NCBI GenBank assembly: GCA_963710425.1
Contig: CAVQAR010000018.1
Span: 71,506-135,505 of the forward strand
Direction: 5' to 3'
DNA: 64,000 bases
Origin: an uncultured delta proteobacterium
GTDB lineage: Bacteria; Desulfobacterota; Binatia; Binatales; Binataceae
Shown here piece by piece: positions 28,301-37,374 of the stretch. Under the pieces are notes generated by a model. The model was given only the letters and a program-made list of their open reading frames with translations, was not told the origin of the DNA and searched no databases. The position numbers and the translations under genes were made by a program. Position 1 is the first letter of the stretch, and every line of letters begins with the position of its first letter.

Positions 28301-28797
28301 ATGTCAATATAAGTAACAACGGAACCGCAACCAATTTCGCAGGCGTCCAGTTGGCGCTGCGGCCTGCGGTTAGTCAGACGGGTCTTATGACCGCTGGTGA
28401 GGGAGCTCCGCCGCTCTACCAGGGCGAGCCAGGTGCTATGCTTCAAAGCCTCGCGACCAACATGCCCATCGAAGCTCCTAACGTTATCGGGACGGTTACA
28501 ACCTCGACCACCATTTCCTTTGCCAAACAATCGGTACAAGACATCACCACTGCGACTTCCGGACTGACCTATACGCTCTCCACTGTGGGCGTGACGCCTA
28601 ATCAAGACGTAATGATTCGCTCTCACATAGCTGGGGCAATCACCGGGCCGCTGTGGGCGACGTCAAGCGGCGCAATCAAATGGGCCGGAGGTAGCGCGCC
28701 CATCTCGAGCGGCATCAACGGCTATACAGACATCCTACGACTCTACTTCGACGGAACGAACTGGCAGGAAGTATCGAGGAGCATCGGGAATCATTAG
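25400..28797 (+). CDS. very large secreted right-handed beta-helix (pectate-lyase-3/tailspike-like) protein, frameshifts near 25603 and 28090
   Basis: Signal peptide MYSKRTFSVSILALLAFSLSTARAQ (frame of ORF 25352). After a CCCC run it continues as ANLPAEQDGTLLYCKDC..NVRAFGAKCDGSTDDAAAIQSAL (ORF 25434..28172). The C-terminal module continues in ORF 28129..28797, whose frame is open from 28087. Confidence 0.75.
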
Positions 28798-30491
28798 AAC
28801 CGGTGATAGATCAAAACGCCACCGACATGCACGGGACTTGTACCCAGCACCGAATTCAAATCGGACCATCCACTACTAACACTGTCGTTCACGATAACAC
28901 TGCGAACGCCATATGTGGTAAGGAACGCTTTGAGTTGATCTCCGCGCGCCAAAGTGATTTTTCCAGGTCGGAATAAGTCCCGGGTCTCTTCCAGGTCGAA
29001 ACCAGGAGGAATACCGCCGACGTATCCTCCGGCCATTCGAAAATAGATACCTGCCTGTGCCTGCCACAGCATCGAATTCCCATCTGAGCTGTTCGGAAGC
29101 ACCAGGACGATTTCATCGCGATCGATATATCTTGTGAATAGCGGGGTTCCGAAAAACTCCGGGGTATCAACCGCAGTAACAGCACGGTCAGTGGCCGGTA
29201 CTGCGGGCAAAATAAAAAGAACTGACAATAGTAATCCCAGGGCTCGGTGCCAATTTACCTTGAGACGGTCGAGGAACAGCACCGTCAGCATCGCTAAGTC
29301 CAGGTAACAATATAGCGCCAGGCGGAGCGGAAGGGCTTGTCCGATGAATGGCAGCTTCCAGAAGAGAGTCCACGGCAGCCAAATGGTGTGTTGCCCGATC
29401 TGTCGGTATGCGCCTAGTGACAGCAGCCACGCGATCGCGCCGACAATTAAAAGTATTCTGACAGTTGCCGACTGCCATTGCTTGACGATCGAATATAGCA
29501 CTACGAACAGAAAAAAGGGGCCGAGGTAAAATCGGGTTTCGAAAACGGTCCGGTCACCCAGCAGGCTCGCGGATTGATGATGTAAGGCAGCGAGTATTTG
29601 AGAGTAGCTCACGAGAAGGTCGGGTGGCGGAACGAATAGAGCACCTAATCCGGAATTAAAAAACGATCCGCCCGCAATGAGCTGCTCGCGATACGTTATC
29701 GCGTAATAGATATATGGCGAAATCACGATCGCAGTAACCATCGCCGATACGCAAAGTAATTTGAATAGTCGCACCATGATCGGTCGAAAGTGCGCCGGCA
29801 GAACCAGCTTAGCCACAAGTATAGTGAGAGTGCCCATCATCGCAGCCGTCATAAGTGTCTCAGCCGCGGTTAGACACTGGGCCGTCGCCAACAACGAACA
29901 CATACCGATGAAGTGCCACGACCTCATGTTGTGTTCAATAAAATGGAGAGCAAGGTACAACAGGAGCGGCACCCATGGCGAGAATGTCAGGAAAAGGTGT
30001 CCCGCCAATTCGTGGCCCAAAACAGACGGCGAGAAGCCATAAATATATCCGCCGGTAAGTGCAACCAGAAACCGGTTGCTCAGCCTGGTGCATACCAGGA
30101 ACGCTGCCGTCGCGTTAAGTGCTGGAGCCATCAGGCAAAGCAGGTTGTACGAGACTACCGGACCGAATCGACGAGTTATGGGAGATGCCAGAAGACTAAG
30201 GCCAGGCATCGAGGTAGCCCACGCGAGATTATAACCGATCGGCGCCCAGATGACCTTTGTCAGGAACGGATTGAGGTGATGTGCAAGTGCGTGCGGCCAC
30301 CAGGTTAAGAACCACATCATGACCGACGGGTCGGTATCATAACCGACGTAAACCCGGGCGGGTGATCCAACTACCTGGAGGCCGAAGAAACCGATCGAAA
30401 TGGCCAAATACAGCACGAAAGCTATCGCTACCGCACCGGGCCGACTTGCGTTCTTGACCATTACAGGGTTGTCCGGAGAAAGTACGGTCAA
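28794..30491 (-). CDS. polytopic membrane protein with C-terminal soluble domain (GT-C-like, putative periplasm-facing glycosyltransferase)
   Basis: 565 aa with ~12 hydrophobic segments, followed by ..LPNSSDGNSMLWQAQAGIYFRMAGGYVGGIPPG... No family confidently recognised. Confidence 0.6.
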   Translation of the reverse strand: MTVLSPDNPVMVKNASRPGAVAIAFVLYLAISIGFFGLQVVGSPARVYVGYDTDPSVMMWFLTWWPHALAHHLNPFLTKVIWAPIGYNLAWATSMPGLSLLASPITRRFGPVVSYNLLCLMAPALNATAAFLVCTRLSNRFLVALTGGYIYGFSPSVLGHELAGHLFLTFSPWVPLLLYLALHFIEHNMRSWHFIGMCSLLATAQCLTAAETLMTAAMMGTLTILVAKLVLPAHFRPIMVRLFKLLCVSAMVTAIVISPYIYYAITYREQLIAGGSFFNSGLGALFVPPPDLLVSYSQILAALHHQSASLLGDRTVFETRFYLGPFFLFVVLYSIVKQWQSATVRILLIVGAIAWLLSLGAYRQIGQHTIWLPWTLFWKLPFIGQALPLRLALYCYLDLAMLTVLFLDRLKVNWHRALGLLLSVLFILPAVPATDRAVTAVDTPEFFGTPLFTRYIDRDEIVLVLPNSSDGNSMLWQAQAGIYFRMAGGYVGGIPPGFDLEETRDLFRPGKITLARGDQLKAFLTTYGVRSVIVNDSVSSGWSDLNSVLGTSPVHVGGVLIYHRF

Positions 30492-31179
30492 TGCGCCTTC
30501 TTCGCAACAACAGCTATCGAGCTGGAGAAGCGGCGTAGTAGGCCTAGACTAACCATTCGCTCGATCGTACCGCCAATTGGACCTTTCCATCCAAAACCGA
30601 CTGCATAGTAGCGCTCGATGATAAACCACGGGGCGAGCAAGCGACGCACCTGTTGTGGGGAATACTCGCGGATGTGATGTTCCGCCAGCCGCACCGTAAG
30701 GTCACGAGCTTTGATCATGCTGACGATGCGACCGGCATTCCAGAGATTTGGAACCGTGAAGAACAGCAGACCACCGGGCTTGAGCAACGCGCGCAATCTC
30801 CCGTATGACTTCCCATATCGTCCGGTACGTGCTCTGCAGTCTCGGAGCAGATAGCAGCGTCGAAAGCGGAATCGCGATAGGGCATTTGAGTCGCGTCTGC
30901 CTGTATGAGTCTCATGTCGCCAGATCTCGGCTGCGCCAGCCTTAGAAAGTTGTAGGTGTAGTCAAGGCCGTGGACTTGCTTGCCCATCGCGGCGATTTCG
31001 CGCGCATAGCTAGGATCGGCCCCGCAGCCGACATCGAGAATGTTTTTGAACCGATGAGAGTTATCCCGAGCCATCATGACGACGGCCTTGATTATGCTAT
31101 CGCTGGAACAGCGGATCTCGGCGCCGCTCGACAGAACCTGGGCGCCTTGGCGCTCATAGTCTTTTCGGCCAAGTGCCAT
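30488..31179 (-). CDS. class I SAM-dependent methyltransferase, frameshift(s) near 30790-30820
   Basis: ILDVGCGADPS..MRLIQADATQMPYRDSAFDAAICSETAEHVPDD is in ORF 30715..31251. LKPGGLLFFTVPNLWN is in ORF 30488..30796. ATG 31179 overlaps the upstream stop (ATGA). Confidence 0.75.
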
Positions 31180-31607
31180 CAGAGCTGCGAGGCGGAATCT
31201 GAGCGCCGATAAACCGTAAAGTACTTGCCCTTGAACGCTACCACTCCCCATTTTGATAATTGGTCCTTAAACTCCGGCCATCCGTTCAGAAACCCCAAGC
31301 TATTAGGCACCTCTGGCACGATTGCTATCCGAGCGGCGGACAGCTGATCGAACTTGCGGGCTAGTTCACTGGGCGTCGTCTCACCGCGCACCAAGGTGAC
31401 CCCTACGAGCGGGGCCATCCCGGCAAATAACAGCTGGGCGGAGCCGTCGTACATAAGCACCACAGAGGAGTTGCCCTTGGCCAGATCGAGGACTTGCGTC
31501 CACTCCTGGCGTTCGTCAGGGCTTGCCCACAGCCCAGCGGTAGCGGTGCCGGGTGCGGTGTTGAACCATGCGTGAAGGTTCTGATCGATCATTCCTTTCT
31601 GGCCCAC
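31179..31607 (-). CDS. hypothetical soluble protein; possibly the frameshifted C-terminal domain of 31589..32755
   Basis: 142 aa with no TM segment. GTG start overlaps the preceding membrane-protein ORF by 19 nt. The other GT-C-like proteins here carry a comparable C-terminal domain. Confidence 0.5.
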   Translation of the reverse strand: MGQKGMIDQNLHAWFNTAPGTATAGLWASPDERQEWTQVLDLAKGNSSVVLMYDGSAQLLFAGMAPLVGVTLVRGETTPSELARKFDQLSAARIAIVPEVPNSLGFLNGWPEFKDQLSKWGVVAFKGKYFTVYRRSDSASQL

Positions 31608-32755
31608 CGCACCAGTATGATCAGCAGCCAGACCAACTTCTCAGAATACTTCGACCATAGCGTCATCGCCCCCACTCCCATCGGTAATAGATAGGGGTAG
31701 GAGGTCCATGAAGAGTAGTTTCCGAAGAATAGTGTGATGAAGGCGAGGTGCATGACGGCGCAGAAGAACGTGAGCTCGCCAGCAGGGGAGGGTTCTTCGC
31801 GATTTCTGAAACTTGCGAGCACGGCAACGGCTGACCTACATCCGCCCGCAATCAGCACGACCGACGCAGCGAACCAGAAAGCGACCGTGGTGCCGAAATA
31901 GTAGCCGAGATGTACTCCGGGAAAGTACCAAAAGTCCCGGCCGGTGCCGGTGAAGAATCCGTTGTTGGCGGCGCGATACATCTCAGCCCCCGTGAGCGGG
32001 AGCGAGAGCCTGAACGTCGCAGAGGATCCGTAGAGCGCCATCGACGCCGCCAGCACGACCGCCGCCGTCACCACGGCTGGCTGGACCTCACGAGCAAGGA
32101 ATCGGGCGGTCAACTTCGATTTCTTCCACAGCGCGGCGACGATAAAAACCAGCAGCAGGAAGCCATATACGAACCCCATGCTCGGTTTGACGAGGGCCGC
32201 GCCGGTGGCCAGCGCCAGCGCATAGGACCGCCGCCCGTCAGCCTGCGCGGCAAGCGCCCACACCATCAAAATTCTCTCGAGCTCGTGCGCGAGAGTGATA
32301 TCCATCAGTATTGAAAACGGAACGGTCACCACGATCAGTGCCAGCGCGGACCCTCGGAATTTCATTGAAGCTGCGAATCGGGCAAGGCCGAGGGCGAATA
32401 TCAAGTCGCATATCGTCGCAGCGCTGAAAAATGCGTCAGGGGTCAATCCGAACAGGCCGAACCAGAGTTGGCCGAAGAGCAGCGAAAGCGGGCCGTAGGG
32501 ATAACCAAAATCCACGCCGGGTCGATAGCCATGATGGATTAGATACTGGGCATTCAAACTCAGTCCGTAATCTCCGAAGGCAGTGCCGTCGAATCCGAGG
32601 CGAGTCGGAATTTGAAAGAACACAATCGCCAGGACTTCTATGGCGAGAATCGCCCAGAACCACTTCTGGACGATCAAAATGATCGAAGCGGGCGGATACG
32701 TCTGATCGCGGACTAGTATTTTATTGGTGGCCGATGCTGCTTTCATTTCAGGCAT
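31589..32755 (-). CDS. polytopic membrane protein (GT-C-like)
   Basis: 388 aa with ~10 hydrophobic segments and a lumenal-loop-like GYRPGVDFGYPYGPLSLLFGQLWF. Confidence 0.6.
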   Translation of the reverse strand: MPEMKAASATNKILVRDQTYPPASIILIVQKWFWAILAIEVLAIVFFQIPTRLGFDGTAFGDYGLSLNAQYLIHHGYRPGVDFGYPYGPLSLLFGQLWFGLFGLTPDAFFSAATICDLIFALGLARFAASMKFRGSALALIVVTVPFSILMDITLAHELERILMVWALAAQADGRRSYALALATGAALVKPSMGFVYGFLLLVFIVAALWKKSKLTARFLAREVQPAVVTAAVVLAASMALYGSSATFRLSLPLTGAEMYRAANNGFFTGTGRDFWYFPGVHLGYYFGTTVAFWFAASVVLIAGGCRSAVAVLASFRNREEPSPAGELTFFCAVMHLAFITLFFGNYSSWTSYPYLLPMGVGAMTLWSKYSEKLVWLLIILVRWARKE

Positions 32756-33141
32756 CCGGCATTCTTCGCCAATGTTTGCTCAGTGGCAATCCTGCCAGTC
32801 GCGATGAGTGAATAGCGCCCTTCGTAGACGAAGAGACGGCGATGAGAGGCCCTTTTGAGCGAGGAATTGGCGGGCGTAAGCTAATCCAGAATAGATATAA
32901 CGTCTCTTGACTATACCTATAGTTTCTGTAACTATCATCGTTCTCCTGAGCAGAGCGGTCGGTAGCGCGACCAAGTCTTCGGCTGAGAGTCTGGTTTCTT
33001 GGCCTCTGACGGTTTCGTGCGGTACTGTTGACGGCGTCTCTAAAGTGCTCTGGTTTTCGCGTTTCAACTTAACCCAGCCCTTCAAGGGAGGGCGGACGCA
33101 TGGCGCACGCTATTGATTCCTAATGATTTCCACCTGAACCG

Positions 33142-33537
33142 ATGGAGCATTCCGGCATGAAAAAGCTCCTATTTGTAGCATCGAGCTCGGCTCTGTTCCT
33201 GTTGGGTTCCGCTATGGCAGCGTCGAGTGCTGATATCGTGGGCACCATCGTGAATCCGGCAGGCGCGCCAATTGCGGGCATGACGGTCTCGGTCCAGAAT
33301 CAGGCGGGTGCTGCGGTGGGCAGTGGCGTGACCGACACGGACGGCCAGTATGTGATTCACGGCCTCGTCCCCGGGACCTACACTCTGATTTCCAAGGGTC
33401 AATCGGCGGTTGCGTACGTCGGCGACCAGGGTCTTACGGTGGATTGGGGCGTCGCGCCAAATTCCCAGATCATCGCAGCTGCAAGGCAGGGCACGACGGC
33501 ACAGTCAGCGGTACCGTCATCGCCAAACAGTCGATAG
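33142..33537 (+). CDS. small secreted carboxypeptidase-regulatory-like (Cna/prealbumin fold) domain protein
   Basis: Signal peptide MKKLLFVASSSALFLLGSAMA followed by IVGTIVNPAGAPIAGMTVSVQNQAGAAVGSGVTDTDGQYVIHGLVPGTYTL. Confidence 0.7.
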   Translation: MEHSGMKKLLFVASSSALFLLGSAMAASSADIVGTIVNPAGAPIAGMTVSVQNQAGAAVGSGVTDTDGQYVIHGLVPGTYTLISKGQSAVAYVGDQGLTVDWGVAPNSQIIAAARQGTTAQSAVPSSPNSR

Positions 33538-33659
33538 TTTGGTTGCCAAACAGATCGGCGAACGAAATGGCGATCGAAAACGACAAAGATCTCAACAATG
33601 GCGACGGCGTAGGCTTGATCTAGTCGCCCTTAATAGCCGATTATGAGCGCTACAATAGA

Positions 33660-34916
33660 TTGTATAAACGTCGCGTGACGGGTTTGCTGAAATATTTTTC
33701 CAAAGCAGTTTCCTCCGCAGCGGCAATTTTCGCCTTGGCTGGTACGGTGGCGGTTTTCGGCTGCGCATCGAAGGCTCCGGACCCACAGGTGGCACAGGTT
33801 TCAGGCACGCCGCCTATAGCCGACAGTCGCATTCCGAGTTCGGCGAGCTCACCGCAGAACCAGGAGCGGTTGAAGGCCCTGTTTGAAAAGCGGTCCGCAA
33901 AAGACGTGGCATCTACCGATTATCCGGTCGGACCCGGCGACGTTATCGAGATTTCGGTTCCGGGCGTGGACGATCTGAAGGAACGCACGGTCCGGGTGAG
34001 CGGCCAGGGTCAAATCGATCTTCCGCTTATTGGAATAATCCAGGTTGGCGGTCTGACCGAGGGTGAGGTCAGGGACAAGCTGAAAGAAGCGCTCACCAAG
34101 TATATGTACAGTCCGCAGGTGGACGTTTTCGTCAAGGAATATCACAGCCGGCAAGTCGCAGTGGTGGGCGCGGTCCGCGCACCGGGTCTGATCGTGCTGA
34201 CCGGCGCGGGCGAGAGTATCCTCGACGCGATTAGTCAGGCGGGCGGGATGACGGCGGACGCGGCCGACGAAATAGTAGTCCTGCCGCAAATCGAGGGCAG
34301 CCGCACGAAACTGCAGCAGTTGGCGGCGGCATACGAGCAGGATCCCAAGTCGAGCGGCGCGCCGGTCACGGCCGATGGATCGAGAAATGAGCCCAGCCAA
34401 CAGCCGCAACCGGGCATGCCCGACGTCTCTCGCGATACACCCCACACCGGCATCACGCTGGCTTCGCTCGGACAGAACATCAGCAACGGGCCGGCGGTGG
34501 TGATACCGCTGAAGAGCGGAGCGTTTCAGGGCAGCCTCAGCTATACCAACATGCCAGTCGAACCGGGGGACATTATCGTGGTACCCGGAGGCGGCAACGT
34601 CATGGTGACCGGATGGGTTTACAGACCGGGATTTTTTGCGGTCGGATCGGGGCTGACGGTGCTGGGCGCGGTCGGCTCGGCGGGCGGAGCGATGTACGCG
34701 TCCGATGCGTCCTCGGCGACACTGATTCGCAGCGACGGCGCGGGGAACAAGGTTTCGATTCCGGTGAACCTCGAGAAAATTGCGACCGGCCAGGAAGCTG
34801 ACATCCCGGTTCGCGCAAACGACGTTATTGATGTACCGTACTCGGACCTGAAAATCGGTCCCTACGTCGTTTACAACATCCTGACGCGCATGGCAGTACC
34901 GTTGCCCACGTTCTAA
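33660..34916 (+). CDS. wza: outer-membrane polysaccharide export lipoprotein (Wza/OPX family)
   Basis: Lipobox AVFGCAS. Poly_export motif DYPVGPGDVIEISVPGVDDL..VSGQGQIDLPLIGIIQVGGLTEGEV. SLBB repeats (VAVVGAVRAPG.., VMVTGWVYRPG..). Confidence 0.85.
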   Translation: MYKRRVTGLLKYFSKAVSSAAAIFALAGTVAVFGCASKAPDPQVAQVSGTPPIADSRIPSSASSPQNQERLKALFEKRSAKDVASTDYPVGPGDVIEISVPGVDDLKERTVRVSGQGQIDLPLIGIIQVGGLTEGEVRDKLKEALTKYMYSPQVDVFVKEYHSRQVAVVGAVRAPGLIVLTGAGESILDAISQAGGMTADAADEIVVLPQIEGSRTKLQQLAAAYEQDPKSSGAPVTADGSRNEPSQQPQPGMPDVSRDTPHTGITLASLGQNISNGPAVVIPLKSGAFQGSLSYTNMPVEPGDIIVVPGGGNVMVTGWVYRPGFFAVGSGLTVLGAVGSAGGAMYASDASSATLIRSDGAGNKVSIPVNLEKIATGQEADIPVRANDVIDVPYSDLKIGPYVVYNILTRMAVPLPTF

Positions 34917-34929
34917 ACCAAGGAAGTAA

Positions 34930-37320
34930 ATGACTCAGCCCTCGCCATATTTTATTCGTCGAAATCAAGAGGTCATTGCCGAGCCGTTCGACAGCTCGAT
35001 GCGCCGCAATTTTAACGACGAGGAAGAGCGCCAACTCGATCTTCTACGCTACTGGATCACCCTCAGGAAGCATCGCTGGCTAATCCTGGCTATCACCGCG
35101 GCTTTGATGGTGATAGTTGCGATCAAGGTTTCCCTGGCGGTTCCGTTGTACACCGCGCAAGCCACGGTTCTGCTCCGCTCCGATACTCCGCAGCTGCTCG
35201 AGAATCGCTCGCAAGCGAACAATCAGTCCTACGAGTACAGCGACGGTTCCGACTTCGTGAAGACTCAGGTCGAGATCCTGCGCAGCCGCACGCTCGCCGC
35301 CCATGTCGTCCAGGATGAAGGCTTGGCAAATGATCCGGCGTTCACCGGCAAGAGCAGCAAGCCGCGCGAGCATGGAACCCTGACCAGTGCCTTCAAGCAT
35401 TGGCTCGCAGGCGTTTTCGGATCGAAACCAGCTAAGCCGGTTCCGGCCGCGCGACAGCCGGATTCAATCGCGGGCCTGGTTGGCGCTTACCTGGGATCCT
35501 TTCAGATCAAAACGATTCCTGACACCGACATGGTGGATATCATTTTCACCACCACCAACCCGCAGCTCTCGGCGCGGTTGGCCAACGCCCATGCCCACGC
35601 ATACATCCGCGAAGGAATCGAATTGCATACCCAGGCCAATGCCGAGGGTGAGAGATTCCTGCGCGAAAAGCTGGTCGAGCTGAGAGAGAAATTGGAAAAA
35701 TCCGAACTCGCGCTCAACAACTATCGGCGTGACAAAGGAATCGTGCCGGGTCTCATGTCGATGGACGGCAAGGAAACCGTCGTAATCGATCGGCTGTCAG
35801 ACTTGAGTAAGCAGCTGACCAACGCCCAGGTCGCGAGGATCGGACTCGAGGCCGAGGTCGAACAGATCAACAAGCATCAGTTCACGGTAGTGCCGCAAGA
35901 GACGGGCACTCCTGCCGGCGGGGGCCTGGCTACGCAGCTCGCCAGTGCGATGAGCGACTACGCCGCGATGTCCAAGCAGTTCAAGCCCGACTATCCGCCG
36001 CTGGCCCAGCTTAAGGCGCGGATCGATCGCCTCCAGCAGACTGACAACGAAACCACCGAGAAGTACGCCCAAAGCGTCGAGGCGTCCTACGGCGCGGCGA
36101 AGATTAAAGAGGCTGGTCTCCAGGAAGAGTTGAACCGTGTGCGCGCCGAAGCGCTCGGTCTCAATGACGCCTCGGTCGAATACGCCATCCTGCAGCGCGA
36201 AGTTGATACTAATCGCGAGCTCTACAACAGCGTCCTGCAGCGGATGAAAGACGTAGGACTCGCGGCCGAGAGTCAAACCTCGAACACCGTGGTGGTTGAC
36301 GACGCGGTCGCGCCGGGCGGCCCCTCGAGTCCTCATCCGTTGACCGCGATTTTGCAAGCGATGGCTTTTGGGCTGGCGCTCGCGATCGGTTTGGCGTTCC
36401 TCATCGAGTACCAGGACAAGACCCTCAAGACGCCCGATGAAATCGAAGCGTATCTGAGGTTGCCGAACCTGGCCTCAGTACCGTCCTTTGCGCGGGTCGA
36501 GGCGAAGCAGTTCGGCAACGCCAGGATCAACGGCAATGGTACCGCCAATCTCCCGGCGAAAAACCTGGAGATCGCCGGTTCGCTCAGCCGGTACTCGGTG
36601 ATCGGCGAGGCGTACCGCGGGCTTCGGACCGCGTTGATGCTGTCGCGCGCCGGTTCCCCGCCCAAATCCATTCTTATCACCAGCTCGTCGAACTCCGAGG
36701 GCAAGACCGTCAGCGCGATCAACACCGGCGTCGTTTTCGCCCATACCGGCGCCAGGGTTCTGATCATTGATGCGGACCTTCGACGCCCGCGATGCCACAA
36801 AGTACTTGGCATCGAAAATCGCCAGGGGCTGACCGAGGTGTTGGCGGGGACGAATAAAGTCGATCAACTTATCCGCGATACTGGAATCGAAGGGCTCTGG
36901 CTGCTGACCGCAGGTTCGATACCGCCGAATCCTTCGGAGTTGATCGGTTCGGAAAGGATGCGCGAGACACTGGCTAGCATGGTGGTTGAATTCGATCTCG
37001 TGATCGTCGATTCGCCGCCGCTGATGCCGGTGACCGACGCGATGCTGCTTTCGACCATGGTTGATGGCGTGGTCCTGGTCGTCAACTCCAAGAAGACCGC
37101 CAAACAACTCGCGCGGGCGGCGCTGGCGCGGCTCGAATTTGCGCGGGCCAAGCTTTTCGGCGTGCTGCTCAACGAAGTTGACGTGAACAGTCCGCATTAC
37201 CGGTACTACAGTTCGTATCACGGCGGTTATGGTGATTATCATCCGTACACCTCCGACCCCGCCGATCAGGCCGATCCCGATCAGGACATCGCGGCCGAAG
37301 AGCCAAAACTCAACACCTGA
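34930..37320 (+). CDS. wzc: polysaccharide co-polymerase with C-terminal BY-tyrosine kinase (Wzc/GumC/EpsB type, PCP-2a)
   Basis: Wzz-like N-terminus with TM, a coiled-coil and a second TM. Walker A SSSNSEGKT, VLIIDADLRRP, DLVIVDSPP, and a C-terminal Tyr cluster HYRYYSSYHGGYGDYHPY. Confidence 0.9.
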   Translation: MTQPSPYFIRRNQEVIAEPFDSSMRRNFNDEEERQLDLLRYWITLRKHRWLILAITAALMVIVAIKVSLAVPLYTAQATVLLRSDTPQLLENRSQANNQSYEYSDGSDFVKTQVEILRSRTLAAHVVQDEGLANDPAFTGKSSKPREHGTLTSAFKHWLAGVFGSKPAKPVPAARQPDSIAGLVGAYLGSFQIKTIPDTDMVDIIFTTTNPQLSARLANAHAHAYIREGIELHTQANAEGERFLREKLVELREKLEKSELALNNYRRDKGIVPGLMSMDGKETVVIDRLSDLSKQLTNAQVARIGLEAEVEQINKHQFTVVPQETGTPAGGGLATQLASAMSDYAAMSKQFKPDYPPLAQLKARIDRLQQTDNETTEKYAQSVEASYGAAKIKEAGLQEELNRVRAEALGLNDASVEYAILQREVDTNRELYNSVLQRMKDVGLAAESQTSNTVVVDDAVAPGGPSSPHPLTAILQAMAFGLALAIGLAFLIEYQDKTLKTPDEIEAYLRLPNLASVPSFARVEAKQFGNARINGNGTANLPAKNLEIAGSLSRYSVIGEAYRGLRTALMLSRAGSPPKSILITSSSNSEGKTVSAINTGVVFAHTGARVLIIDADLRRPRCHKVLGIENRQGLTEVLAGTNKVDQLIRDTGIEGLWLLTAGSIPPNPSELIGSERMRETLASMVVEFDLVIVDSPPLMPVTDAMLLSTMVDGVVLVVNSKKTAKQLARAALARLEFARAKLFGVLLNEVDVNSPHYRYYSSYHGGYGDYHPYTSDPADQADPDQDIAAEEPKLNT

Positions 37321-37374
37321 TCGGGTCCTCCGCGAGCCTCTCTCCCACTCCGGGAATTCCAAATCGTTACATCC

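Noticed and set aside
31540-31556. ops/JUMPstart-like GCGGTAGC motif
   Set aside because: It lies inside a coding region and on the strand opposite to the gene. It is not in a 5' leader of the polysaccharide operon, so it is probably a chance match.
32780-33085. 101-aa minus-strand ORF between the membrane-protein gene and the first plus-strand locus gene
   Set aside because: It has no recognisable motifs or signal peptide, and it sits in a likely divergent promoter region. Support is insufficient to call a gene.
21400-33100. Calling the low-GC block a genomic island or prophage (mobile_element)
   Set aside because: There is no integrase, transposase, phage structural or replication gene, no tRNA target and no clear full-length direct repeats. 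The only hint is a ~25-nt partial repeat at 21452-21477, compared with 24501-24524 and 25237-25260.
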